A DNA stretch of 63,298 nt, filler included, from Intoshia linei (Eukaryota > Animalia > Orthonectida): NCBI GenBank assembly GCA_001642005.1. It is 7 parts of 7 records of this genome, joined end to end, with 100 filler letters (N's around TTAATTAATTAA, not from the genome) between each part and the next. Parts side by side here need not be neighbours in the genome. Positions count along the whole stretch, not along the records: positions 1 to 12,322 come from LWCA01001110.1; 6 more parts are not named here. One strand, given 5' to 3'. The notes below the pieces were generated by a model. The model was not told where the DNA came from, ran no database searches, and saw only the letters and a program-made list of their open reading frames with translations. The translations under genes were made by a program, and so were the position numbers. Shown piece after piece: positions 1 to 12,422 of the stretch; position 1 is the stretch's first letter, and each line of letters starts with the position of its first letter.

Positions 1-238
1 TTTCGTTTCTAGTATCTAACACAGTTGATAATTTATGAAACATTGCATAATTATGTAAATTTATACGCCTTTTCCAGTTTGCTAATTTACACAGAAACGC
101 CTTTAAATGGTCAATAAATTTAATTACATTTGGATTTTTTCCTTGCATTTTTAAATTCAGTATATTAAATTGACCGAATATATCAACTAAATAAGCCCAA
201 CGCATAACATAATGTTTATCTTCCAACAATGCTTGGTT
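1..238 (-). mobile_element. hAT (Buster/SCAND3-ZBED5-like) transposase fragment
   Basis: Minus-strand translation WAYLVDIFGQFNILNLKMQGKNPNVIKFIDHLKAFLCKLANWKRRI matches the Buster-type LAYLxDIFxxLNxLNLxLQG motif; runs off the window edge. Confidence 0.8.
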
Positions 239-633
239 GATTAGATTGGAAAATAAATGAAAGTATGGGAAATTGCAATAATTATACAATTGAATACAAT
301 TTAATTTGTAGTTAATTTTTTATGTCCACATTAGAATTGATTCAATTTTTTTTGTTTTTTATTGCTCTAACTAAATTACACATAAAAGCAGATATAAACG
401 AATGCATTGTAAAATAAAATCAATCTAATACCAATTCTTTTTATACAACCAATGCATTGATTGTTAACAAAAGAATTGATTGCAATCAATTATTTCCAAT
501 ACTATATTAGATATTGACTGCTTGATAGTAGCAATGTAGAGTCCTTATCGTTATATTCTATGTATTAGATGGAATCACAGCCAGTCTTTTTGGCCAAATG
601 TCCATTTCACATTACAAAAAATTTTTTGCTTTA

Positions 634-879
634 TCATATTATCATACAAGTGAAAAAGCCGATTATAACGGCTAAAACGATATACCAAAAAAAATGTGAT
701 AAAAATAAAAATATTACGTAAGCTACCCATTTTCCGGTATTCAACAATTCTTGATTACTAAAATGAATTAAGTTAGGTATTTTAATTGTCTTACCGATCA
801 TTTATAATTTTAATGTTTTGATATTGATTTAAGTCTAAAAAAAATAATTAAATACAATTTCACCTCTCAATACCGCCAT
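634..879 (-). CDS. Putative 59-aa orphan small membrane protein, 3 exons
   Basis: Exons 879-864, 834-795, 757-634 joined by GT-AG introns of 29 and 37 nt give an open frame MAVLRDLNQYQNIKIINDRNQELLNTGKWVAYVIFLFLSHFFWYIVLAVIIGFFTCMII*. Confidence 0.45.
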
Positions 880-1113
880 TTTGGTATTTCTATATTTATG
901 GCTGTATTGAGAGTATAACGTTGTAACGAATATATCATGGATACGGTGACTATATATTCATAATCAGTAATATAGTAAAATAATAAGAAAGGGTCTTTCG
1001 TATTTTAGAGCCAATAGTTTGAAGATTTTATATAAACTTTATTGAAAAAATAAATATTGTTATAAAACCACCAAATTGAATTATAATTTATTGAATTTAT
1101 CGTACTTTTTATA

Positions 1114-1405
1114 ATGAGCATGGATATTTCGAGTTTAGATGATTTTAATTTGAAAAAAATCTCTATATTGCAACTAAAAACATAGAAGCAAGCATAACTT
1201 GTTGCAAAAAATTCGGTTTTTCTTATTTTAATTTATTTTATTTGTGAATAGGTCTAATGAGTTCATGTAAGCCTTACATTGTAAGGTATGTCCATTGTGC
1301 AACCGGCAGATGTTTTTTTCCAAAAATGTGTGTATAGATGGTTATAAATAGAGATGTTCAGCCCCGTGTAGCAAAGTATTATCGATAAGGAAGGATACAT
1401 TTTTT
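1114..1405 (+). mobile_element. Merlin (ISXO2/IS1016-like) transposase N-terminal zinc-ribbon remnant
   Basis: CPLCNRQMFFSKNVCIDGYK*RCSAPCSKVLSIRKDTFF fits CPxC..M..DGxxWRC..C..SIRxxTFF, with the W codon mutated to a stop. Confidence 0.65.
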
Positions 1406-2184
1406 TAAAAAAGTTTTTATTTTAGATTTCAAATCTTATACAGATTATTATAATATAATGTAACAATTAAACATTAATTATGTATTTTTTAATTCATTGA
1501 TTAATTGTCATTCCTTTTTCTGCACTTTCTTGCCATTTGATTAAAAATTAAATGTATCAATATTATCTTTAGTATAAAATACAATTTTATAACAATTAAA
1601 AATAAATTATCGATAAAATTAGAAAATACATCAAGTGTAAATTTTTATTTTGTCTATTTGTACACTAAAACAACTTGTAAAACGCTGTAGAGTGTACACT
1701 ACTAGTTTATAACAAGCATTAATGAACCAAATCAATACTTGCAGCTTTTTGGGTCATCATAAATCATTTTTCAATTCTTTATTTTTTAAAGTGTACAGTT
1801 TCAATTGAAAACATACTGGGAGTCATGTGTAATGAATTATTTTCCAAATTGAAAAAATTTTTACTTGAAAATGAAAAACAGGCTTTTACGGTTATTTCAG
1901 TATTCTACAGCAAAAATATTTTTAAAATTTAGTTTACTACTGATTTAATAAAATAATGTTTACCTGTAGCAAAAATTCTACGTAGAGTTAATGAAACAAT
2001 AACAAAAAGTAATAAATGAATTTTGGATAGCTTCATCAAAACAATATAGGAAATAAAGTTACACATTGTATTGTATAAATAGGAATAAAGTGCTTTTTTA
2101 TATTTCACTTTTTCAATACTTTTTATGTATAGCAACATAATAAAACAAAATTTTGTTTCAATAAAGAGGATATTTTATTTGCAC

Positions 2185-2426
2185 TGGATAAAACACGACG
2201 TAGATGCGCAATATCAATGTTGTAACCAGTAATCTTTACAGACAACCAATATTTTAAATAGATTAGCAAGATCCAATACAGCTCAGTAAGATTGATTCTT
2301 TTGTCGTGGTAACCGCTATCATAATGGATGGCTTATTCAATATTGTTTATCTATTTGAAATATTTATTGGCATTAAGAATATTGGTTACAACATTGATAT
2401 CGCGCATACACGTCGTGTTTTATCCA
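2185..2426. mobile_element. MITE with about 47-bp terminal inverted repeats
   Basis: TGGATAAAACACGACGTAGATGCGCAATATCAATGTTGTAACCA at 2185 is mirrored by TGGTTACAACATTGATATCGCGCATACACGTCGTGTTTTATCCA ending at 2426. Confidence 0.75.
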
Positions 2427-2439
2427 ATTTTAAATTTAT

Positions 2440-2725
2440 AAACCATCACATTGAAAATGACAAAATAGGTTCTTATAATTTTATTTTTTATGGAATTAAT
2501 AATTTACTGAATAAAAAATTAAGATGGAATAATTCACTTTAAAGTAAAAAGTAATGTGATTTGATGGTTGTACTTGAAACAGGTTTGGAAACCACTCCTT
2601 TAAAGGATTGATAATAGTGAATAGTAGGATTTTGAAATTAGATTTATCATGAATTGATTTTTTTGGTAGAATAAAAATGTGCCCTCGGTAGTAATTTTTG
2701 TACGTAGTACATAACGTCAACCTAG
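2440..2725 (+). mobile_element. Non-autonomous Helitron, 3' fragment
   Basis: Same family as 3239-4397; ends GTACATAACGTCAACCTAG followed by T. Confidence 0.75.
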
Positions 2726-2829
2726 TTATTATTATAATGATACTGAATTAAAATTAACATTAATAAATTTTAACATGTATTGATGTATCGAAGCAATAAA
2801 TAACAAATATACTGAAAATTATTAAATAT

Positions 2830-5721
2830 ATGCATGAATTTATTGAAGATGTAACAAAGCCTGATGATAAGATTTTGTCTCCAGAGGCAATGGAAAAACT
2901 CAAAGAAAAAAAGGTAATAACATTTTTTAAATTAACAATTTATTTAACTTTGCATTGTTGCCTAAATTTCAGCCTAAACAGAAAAAATTAAAAAAATATC
3001 GTTCATGTCGAGATATTCGATAGATTTTTTATTAAACTAGATTTTAAGACTTTTGCAAAACTATACTCAAATTTCCAAAACTCAATTTAACTAAAAATCT
3101 CTACAATATGCAATTTCTAAAGTTTTATGTTTCAATTTAAATATTTTTTAAGATACAAACAAAGATTGATAACGAAAAATATCTTCGAAGTCATCTCGAA
3201 TTGAAATGCATGCTTAATTTGTTTGTAAAGTAATATTATCCTTACTTATATATTATGCTACACAATTTTTGTATGTGTGTGTGCGTGTGTTCCACTTTAT
3301 TGAAATAACTACCAGTCTTAGAATTATATAAAGTCCACATTTCAATTACAGTTTTTATCAAGACATATAATAAGATAAATTTCAATCTCCCAAACTCACA
3401 TCTTACGGGTCAAAAACCCCAATTGTCCTTTTTTTAAAAATCAAACGAGGTGGAGAATTTAAAAAAGTATAAACGCTGATATGAATTTTAATATCATAAA
3501 CATTATCATAAATTTAAATAAATTATATCTTCAGGGTCAAAACCACAAATTACCTTTTTATTTAATGAAAACAGGCCTAGAATTTCAAAAAATTTATAGG
3601 TAGTACAGTTGTATCTTGTTAACATACACAAAAAATTTTAATCCTAATAAGTGATGACTTCAGGGTCAAAAAAGCATTTTTGTATTCATATATTTTTTTT
3701 CGAAATATTTTATTAAAACAAAAAATGTGAAATAATTAACAGTCCGAAAATTAAAAAAAAAGATTATTCTGATAGAGCTTCATATCACATAGAAATAGAT
3801 AGATTACATTGAAAATAACAAAATAGATTTTTATAATTTTAATTTTTTTGGAATTTATGCTATTCATGACAATTTTTAGGATTAGACTGTTTTACTTTAT
3901 TTTTAATATTATACACACATTCTGTCTAATAAATTAAAAAAACGTGATAACAATTCTTTACGCAAATGTTAACAAACAAAAAATTAAGATGGAATAATTC
4001 ACTTTAAGTAAAAGGTAATGTGATATGACGGTTCCACCTGAAACAAGTTTAGGAACCACTCCATTAAAGGATTCATAAAAGTGAATAGTAGGATTTTTAA
4101 ATTAGATTTTTAACGTGAATTTATTTTTTTGGTNNNNNACAATTGTATTTTAAAATTCTTTACGCAAATGTTAACAAACAAAAAATTAAGATGGAATAAT
4201 TCACTTTAAGTAAAAGGTAATGTGATATGACGGTTCCACCTGAAACAAGTTTAGGAACCACTCCATTAAAGGATTCATAAAAGTGAATAGTAGGATTTTT
4301 AAATTAGATTTTTAACGTGAATTTATTTTTTTGGTAGAATAAAAATGTGCCCTCAGCAGAGCTTGGTACTGTTTGTAGTACATAACAGTCAACCTAGTAC
4401 ATTTTATAACGTTTCAACTAACTGTGTAGCTTCAATTTGTCATGAAACAAAAATTAGAAAATTTTCCGTATAAAATAAATTTACCTATCCAAATCTCATC
4501 ATTATAATCACGCTCAATTATTTTCAAAAACGTGTTTGTGAACATTGTTTTTTTAATCGAATTTAGCATAATAAACATTATTTAGACAACGTTTATATCT
4601 TTAATTTAGAGACATATTGATGAATAAACCAACAAACGTTTGCGATTTTACAGCAGGTAAATAATTATTATAATAAGTTATGTAAGCCAGGTCTCTCTGG
4701 GCCGACTAATATAAGTTTAGTATCAATGTAGTTTTATAAATCTTGTGTACAGTATATTTATATATTCTTATACATTCACTGTAACTATTTATATATACAT
4801 AATATAATACTTAAAATATACACCTTTTCCAATTCAATAAGGGTAATGGTGGATTTTTTATTTTAGGTGTGGTAAAACTGGATTCCTTCAACCTTCCTTA
4901 AGGATGGGTAAATTTTGATTTTTAATAAAGATTGTTGGATGAAAATAGATGCTCATAATATATTTAATTATTTTTGACCGGGAATCCGTAACTTCTGCAT
5001 TTGAAATTTTGTATCTGGATCAACTGAAATAAAATGTATCAGAATAATCTTTTTTGTAAATATGACGAATTTATTGTATATTTTTGGTTTTAATAAAATA
5101 CTAATAATGTAATTACAAATAAAAAAAATTCATATTAAAGTGGTTTTTTGACAATGAAGACGTCAATTTGTCAGATTGAAGTTTTTTGTGTGTGTTAACT
5201 GGATATAACTGTATCAGCTGTAATTTTTTATATATATACTATTTTCATTTTTGAAAAAAAGGTAATCGGTGATTTTGATCGTAAAAATTCAGTTTTTTGT
5301 TGTATCGATTTACGACAATGTTAATACTTTTAACAATTGTTCCAAAATTTATGTTTTTTTATATTCTAAGACTCATATTTAAATTTTAAAAAAAGGGTAA
5401 TTTGGTTTTTTGGCCGTGAAGGACCTAATTTCTGAAAATGAAATTTTCGATAAACATCACCCTCGAAACAATGTATTATAAATTGGGAATTTAAATTCTC
5501 AAACTTTTAATTTTGATTTAAACGGTAACACGCAGACATTCAATTTTATATAATCAATGTATTAACTTGTAAATATTGGGTATTGAAAGAGATATACATA
5601 TGTATATACAGAGAAATATGTATAATATAATCATAATCTAATGATTATCTTAGATTATTTTACCAATGAAACACTTTGTTTAAAAGTAGAAGAAAAACTG
5701 AATAAGGATTTATTTCATTGA
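2830..5721 (+). CDS. RIIAD1: RIIa domain-containing protein 1 (91 aa, 4 exons)
   Basis: Exons 2830-2913, 3153-3229, 4610-4656, 5654-5721 splice in frame to ...KIQTKIDNEKYLRSHLELKCMLNLFVKDILMNKPTNVCDFTADYFTNE..., matching RIIAD1 KIQTRIANEKYLRTH...RPDNILEFAADYFTD. Confidence 0.9.
3239..4397 (+). mobile_element. Non-autonomous Helitron with both ends, in RIIAD1 intron 2
   Basis: Starts A|TC CTTACTTATATA with a (TG)n tract, ends CTAG|T, no TSD; homologous pieces recur throughout the window. Confidence 0.85.
4960..5540 (-). repeat. Diverged copy of the Helitron family 5'/internal region
   Basis: Reverse-complement similarity to 3300-3800. Confidence 0.6.
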
Positions 5722-5772
5722 TTACTCTTGTGTAATAAAGACATTTAAACAATTTGTATTGATCTTTTAAAC

Positions 5773-8389
5773 TTAAAAATCTGCATATTCTCCGATTCCT
5801 GATTCATTAAATATTCTAAAATAATAATGCTTACAACCCCAAATAGATTCAAAATAAAATTTCAAAAAATACACATTATAATCTTGACTAGATAAATAAT
5901 TGGCCAAGTGATGTAATCCTAATTTTATTGCTGCCATAATTTGAGGTATTAATGGATTATTTTCAAATCGAAAAATAAAGGTTTCTTCATGTAATAAACT
6001 GGCTAAATTTCATATTGAATAAATAGTGCATAAAAAATATGGGTTTTTTTAACATTTAAAATCTGAGCATTTGCTTGTCAACCGGTCTATGATGCCAACC
6101 TTTAAAAATAATAGTTTTTAAAAAATTTTAATTTTAATTTTTTTTATTTTTCACCGGGAATGCGTAGATTTCTGGGATTGAAATTTTGTATTTTTATCAA
6201 CTGGAATAAGCTCGATCAGAATAATTTTTTTTTTTAATTTTCGGACCGTTAATTATTTCACATTTTTTGTTTTAATAAAATATTTTGGAAAAAAAATATG
6301 TAAATACTAAAATGCTTTTTTGACCGTGAAGTCGTTACTTATTCGGATTGAAATTTTTTATGTGTGTTAACAGGATAATACTGTATACCCCGTAAATTTT
6401 TTGAAATTCTAAGGCTGTTTTCATTAAAAAAAGAAGGGTGATTTGAGTTTTGGCCCTGAAGATATAATTTTTTTAAATTTAAATTTATGATAGTGTTTAT
6501 GATTTTAAAGTCCGCATCAGCGTATATATTTTTTTAAATTCTCCAACTTGTTTGATTTTCAAAAGAAGGGACAACAGGGGTTTTTGATTAGTAAGATGTG
6601 AAATTTATCTTATTATACGCCTCGGAAAAAACTGTAATTGAAATGTGGTCTTTAAAAAATTTTAAAAATGGTAGTTATTTCAATAAAGTGGAACACACAC
6701 ACAAACAAAAATCACGTAGCCTTTTATATAAGTTAAGATAAATAATTCATCTTTGAAATTGTTTTACTTCTACAGAGACATTGCTGAAAAAAGTTTTACG
6801 TCATCTTGGCTAAATCACATTACACGAAAATTGTTAATTGTAAAATAAAAATTATGAACTTCACAAACGGTCACGATTCACGACCCTCAGATTAAGAATG
6901 TTGATAATATTCACCTTTTTTATTTATACATATATTATTGAATATTTTACCTAAAAATGGAGAAATGTGTTTAATTTTGTTGTGCTGAAAATGTAATTCA
7001 CTCAAATCTCGACAATAGCATAAACTCGGTGGTAACTGGGTTAATCTGTTTTGACGTAGTGACAACTAAAAAAATCAACTAAAATTAAAAATTACTATAC
7101 ATATATAGGTTACAATAAGTTTCTTACTAGTGCCCGTTTATTTCCAAAAAAAATCATTACCACCACTATATAAAAAATAAAAAAACAGTAAAATATATTA
7201 TTCAAGTCAATAAAATTAATACATTAACACAATAAATTAATATTAAAAAAATTTTCAACGTTCTTAATAAAATATTTTCGCCATCGCATCCAAAGACTTA
7301 CATTATTATCTCTACAATTCGATCAATCATCAAATACATTAATATGTAGTTTCATAAATTTTATGGAATGATTTTAATTAAAATAATGTATTTTAAGTTA
7401 CATATTCTGTTTCTATAGTTTTTCCAAAATCTCTACCGTGTCACATCCTTTGTGTAACTATAGAAACAATAATACACAGTCAAAATTTTAATTATCCGCG
7501 CTCCACCGCCATAAATGCGGAATACACATGCGTCAATTAAGGTATAAATCAGAATTTCCATGATACTGTGAAAATCTCACGTGTAATCTCTTTATATTAC
7601 CACTTGGAGTTTTTTCATATTGTAGAAAGTATCTGGCAAATCCAAAATCTAAACATTCGACATTGAAAATAATAAATTAATGCGCTAAATTACTTTATTA
7701 TCAGACAAATACAAAGCTCGAATATTTTCTAAACAATTAATCATTTAACCGATTTTAAAAAATTTTACATAAAAAATTAATATAATTACCAAATTCAAAA
7801 AAATCGGACGGAAAAGAGTCGTTACGTAGTCTAAACCTTAATAAAACTATATTTAATGAAACAACTTGTTGACTGAAAGATCTAAAATTTCCAAGTTGAC
7901 AAGTTTGTTCATACCCATTGGTAATAATTTGATGGAATTGCATCTACAAAATAAAATGTTGACACCATTACAAACTTTTTAAATAAAAAATTACCCTAAT
8001 TTTAAAACTTTTAAACTTTGGATAGATGAGAGTGAATCTGGAATCATCTATTAAATTTTAAAAAAAAAAATAAAATGTTTACTTTTAAGGAATTATTATA
8101 TACATTTAATTCTTTTAGACATGAAAATAATTCAATTTCGTATGGTAAATCTAAAATTTATTTTCTTTATTATTACTACATGTACAAATCTATACTCATT
8201 AAATTATTGTGTGATAGATTTATGTGAGTTACAAATTTCAAATTGTCTAAAAAAATAATAATGTTAATTAGATATTACATTACAAAAATCATGTGTAATG
8301 TTAAATATTGTAAAATGTTTGCCGCTAAAATTGGCTTTTGTTTCGCCTTGTTCTTCCATTTGAGTAAAATGCTTCATTAATTTTGACAT
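5773..8389 (-). CDS. RSU1: Ras suppressor protein 1 (LRR protein), multi-exon
   Basis: Spliced exons give MSKLMKHF...HINLSHNNL...FPSDFFEFENIRALYLSDNK...KLQVLSLRQNRLTQLP...FRFENNPLIPQIMAAIKLGLHHLANYLSSQDY, collinear with RSU1 (LRALYLSDND, LQILSLRDN, ENNPW, LGVSHVFEY); a few internal splice sites are uncertain. Confidence 0.88.
6140..6738 (-). mobile_element. Helitron 5' portion in an RSU1 intron
   Basis: Minus strand begins A|TCTTAACTTATATAAAAGGCTAC...(TG)n, reverse complement of the 3239 copy. Confidence 0.75.
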
Positions 8390-8717
8390 GATTTTCGTTT
8401 AGATGATCAACTAAATTATTTATGTGTATTATTATTATAATTAAATCATTTTTAATTATGTATTATCACGTTTAATGCAAATTTTCATAGTATAAAAGCA
8501 AAAAAATTTTTTTAAATTTTATTTTATCCAAAAAATATTTTTATTCATAACGTTATTCAGATTCATTTTTTAAACCCTATAAAGGAGCAATCTGATGACA
8601 ACACAAATTGTCATGGAAATGCTCTTTTATTGGTTTTAAATAGTTATATAAACATTTAAAATGATTTGCAGGTGTAATATATCTGGTGTACGTTTTTAAG
8701 TTATAGGTTTTGAATTA

Positions 8718-8846
8718 AAAGTGTCCAGAAAAAATACGTACTATCAATTTTAGTTTATTTGGTGTTAAATGTAAAGCCAAAAATTTTCGGCTTAAAATTT
8801 ATTCAAATAAACTAAAAGTGATAGTACGTATTTTTCAGGTCACTTT
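8718..8846. mobile_element. Short MITE with about 40-bp TIRs
   Basis: AAAGTGTCCAGAAAAAATACGTACTATCAATTTTAGTTTATTTG and CAAATAAACTAAAAGTGATAGTACGTATTTTTCAGGTCACTTT are inverted; a related copy lies at about 15070-15187. Confidence 0.7.
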
Positions 8847-9236
8847 ATTTTAATCAATCTTTGGTATGTCTCAATTTACATGTTTAAATGGATTTATCCA
8901 TGTTTTGAAATGGAAATGAAAAATAGTCAAATAGAACATTATCGCTATATGTTATCAAATGTTTTATCTTATTTATGATGGATCTAATAATTAATTATAA
9001 TTATAAGTATAATTTTTTAGTAACAATAACTTATATCAATAAATTATAAATACATAATATACATGTATATTAAAACATACCAAAACAGATAAAACGTACA
9101 ATTTCTAAATATGAGATAACAAACAAAGAGTAATCATAACTACTATTTATCTGACTATCCAAGGTTTTATTTTAATATGAACGTTTAACATAATAGTCTG
9201 AATAATAATGGCCCGGCAGAGTTGCCGGACCTCGGG

Positions 9237-9670
9237 ATTTTATTCCAAAGACTAGACGACCGTTACATTATTATTTTAAAAATTCCACCTTTATCCCGGC
9301 ATTAATAAAATGTAATAATATTTCTTAAAAAATACAATTCCAGACCCTTAGCGAAAATTCCTGTTTTACAATATTTTTTTAAAAATGCGACTTTATTATA
9401 CACAATGAGAAAAATTCACATTATTCAATTCTAAAATAAAATATTAAATTTTACCAACCCTTAGGCAAAAATCTCCATTTTTTCAATAATTTTTTGAAAA
9501 ATTCGATTTTACCAAACATTATGAGATAAGTCCATATAATCTAACTCCAATATAAAAATCCAATTTATCAACCATTAAACGAAAAATACGATTTTATCAA
9601 ATTTTATGAAAAAAACATCTTATTCCAACCCAAAATAAAAAATAAAGTTTTATTAATCCTTACCTCTTTA
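9237..9670 (+). repeat. Dispersed repeat with degenerate about 29-bp subrepeats
   Basis: Similar to 18260-18560; subrepeat AAAATYCCACTTTTACCAA shared with 26916-27594. Confidence 0.55.
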
Positions 9671-10399
9671 GTTAACAATATCCTTTTATTTATAATTTTA
9701 ATTTATAATAATAAAAATTTAATTATACCAAATTCTTTGAGCATTGCCTAACATATCGTACCGTGCCTCCTTCGAGGGGGAGGGCGTGTCGAAATTTTTG
9801 TAAAATGGGTGTCTCATTTTTCAAAATTGAACATTAAAAAAATTATATTCTTAAATATCATAAAAATGTGTATATTAAATTTAAAATGATAAGTCAAGAG
9901 AACGACATTAACTCAATTTAGTTTAGTTTTGTTTAGTGAATTTTTTTTTTGTTACAAAATCCAAAAACAACACTAAGTAATTAATTTAAATATTTCATCA
10001 AAATAAAAAAATTCAATAATTAAATTGTTTTATTAAAACCTTAGTCTCTAAAGTAAATTTTGAATTTGACAGTAACTCTAAAAAATTTAAAAAATCAATG
10101 CAAATAATAATAAATAAATTTTTAATGTTGGGATAAGATAGGTTTATTTTCTGGCAACTTTGTGGCCCGGTTTAATTATGCTTTTTATAGGAACTTTTTT
10201 ATAGTGATAATATATTGTTTATGTGTTATCATGTTAGTTGTTTTACAGTTGTTTTCATTTTCAGAATTATTTGACATTGATTTTTATACTTCTTTATCCA
10301 CATTCAATTGTAGAAATGGCTTATTGTATTAGTCAAAAACATCATTATTCAATCTATAAGTAGGTGGAAACTTTCTTAAAGTTCTAAAATTCGCTAATA

Positions 10400-10668
10400 C
10401 TGGCAAGCACTCTTAATGAATCTACTATCTACTACTAACTATTAACTTTTGTTACAACATAGTTTTGTGAGGCTGGATTTTCTATTCTAAACAATTATTA
10501 TTATGACCAAACCAGCTTTAATTCTTGAATTGTATCCGTTTAATTTAAGTAACTAGTTAACACTTTATTTATAATTCATATTGTATTAATTGATTTTTAA
10601 TCAGGGATGCACAGTCATTAATATTAATATTTGGGGGTGCATAGGACAAAAAAGGTTAAGAACCACTG
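10400..10668 (+). mobile_element. hAT Buster 3' remnant with right TIR
   Basis: LLTFVTT*FCEAGFS dimerisation motif; ends AAAAAGGTTAAGAACCACTG followed by an nnnTAnnn target (CTCTAATG). Confidence 0.75.
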
Positions 10669-10983
10669 CTCTAATGTATATAATAAAAATATATATTTAA
10701 AATTGTTATTTTATTTTATCGAAAACTTCAGTCACAGGCCGACACTATCACTAGGTAATGTTTTTACAAGACTATTTAAGTTGAAAACCGAAATTTCAGA
10801 TTTTAAAAAAAAAATTACCAATGTCTACAATAAAACGATATTTATCTATAAATATTTATCAATTAAATTATAAACTACAATTGTAAAAGGATTTTTTATT
10901 GTAATAACGATAAATACAAGTAAATGTTTAATTGTTAAATTTATTGTATAAAGTTAAATATATATGATAAATAAATATTTTAT

Positions 10984-11946
10984 CTAATGTACAATGTAAG
11001 GAACAATGTAGTTGAGGTATCCATCCTAAATTGAACATTTAATCATGTTATCAAATATGGTAAATACAGTTGTTGATATTAATAATTATGATATAGTAAT
11101 ATCCTTATAATGATATAATATAATATAAAATTACATATAATCCAATCATTTTTTCTCTCTGAATATATTCAAGAGAATAGAATGTCAAAAAGAAATTAAT
11201 TCCAAACATGAAACTCCCCAAAACCATAATATTACCATATCGGAGTTCCGGCAGTATCGCCATTATAGCTAAATTATCAAATCAGGAATACTCTATGTAA
11301 ATTAATCATTACATATAGTGCATATTATACGTTTAATTAAAAAGATAAATGATTATGAATCAATAAATAAGAAATTAAAAAATAAAATACCTCCGAAAAA
11401 AGAGTAAGATATCATAAGAATAGGAACAAAAAATCCAAATGTCAATGCAATAATGTATTCATGAATCAAAGAGGATATGTTTAGTACAATTACTAAAGCC
11501 AGTGTTTTTGATTTGGTCATCTAAAGTTAAATCTGTAAAAAATGTCAACAATATATGTTGTACTAAATGATTATATCCCATAAATTATCTCTTGTGGTAA
11601 TTTAAAGCAGATAGTATTATGAAAATAAGTCAAATTGGATAAAACTTAAAATTAGGGAATAACTTATTAAAATAAGAACAATCATTGTTCAAAAATAAAA
11701 ACTTTTTGTTCGTTTTCCTGATATTTCCGTAATCAAAAGAAATGTAAAATTTTATACTATTTATTAAAATTTTCTCATAAAATTAAAATAGGTACACGAC
11801 CTTGGTACATCAAGTATGTATATATTTAGAATTATCATATAAAATACACGTTGTACGTCAACATATAGATATTGAAAAATCCAGTCATGTATAACAGTAT
11901 TCCAGGTTCTATACCATCGAGAATAAGATTTACTAACCCACCAGTC
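10984..11946 (-). CDS. SOAT1: Sterol O-acyltransferase (ACAT/SOAT, MBOAT family), last 4 exons; 5' part beyond the gap
   Basis: Exons 11946-11848, 11520-11391, 11268-11135, 11025-10984: [30 protein letters not shown]...[11 protein letters not shown]...FYSLEY..., matching SOAT DWWNS..YYRTWN..VHDWL and the catalytic His in HEY. Confidence 0.85.
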
Positions 11947-11987
11947 CTAAAATTAAATTAAATTTTATATATATAAATATAAATATA

Positions 11988-12322
11988 CTAGGTTGACTGT
12001 TATGTACTATGTACAAACATCACCTAGCTCTGCCGAGAGCACATTTTTATTCTACCAAAAAAAATAAATTCATGTTAAAAATTTAACTTAAAAATCCTAC
12101 TATTCACTATTATGAATACTCTAAAGGAATAATTCCCAAACTTGTTTCATATCACATTACGTTTTACATTAAAGTGAATTATTCTATCTTAATTTTTTTA
12201 AATTCTTATTTTAATTATCTTAAATTTTAACGTAATTCCGAAATTCCGAAGAAATGAAGTATATAGACTTTCACTCATATTTCTTTATTGGAAATGTGTA
12301 GACGTTCAATGCACATTTTTTT
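11988..12322 (-). mobile_element. Helitron 3' end in a SOAT intron
   Basis: Plus strand A|CTAGGTTGACTGTTATGTAC... is the reverse complement of the family 3' terminus; truncated by the gap. Confidence 0.8.
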
Positions 12323-12422
12323 NNNNNNNNNNNNNNNNNNNNNNNNNNNNNNNNNNNNNNNNNNNNTTAATTAATTAANNNNNNNNNNNNNNNNNNNNNN
12401 NNNNNNNNNNNNNNNNNNNNNN

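Noticed and set aside
3950-4335. About 180-bp identical tandem duplication around NNNNN at 4134-4138
   Set aside because: Identical copies on either side of a gap indicate an unmerged contig overlap.
12323-12422. N-run with central TTAATTAATTAA, also at 24318, 36657, 55255, 57124 and 59807
   Set aside because: Artificial scaffolding spacer with stops in all six frames; not biological. Adjacency across these gaps is uncertain, and they explain the truncated SOAT, CANT1-2 and DCST2 models and possibly the missing ITPR 5' end.
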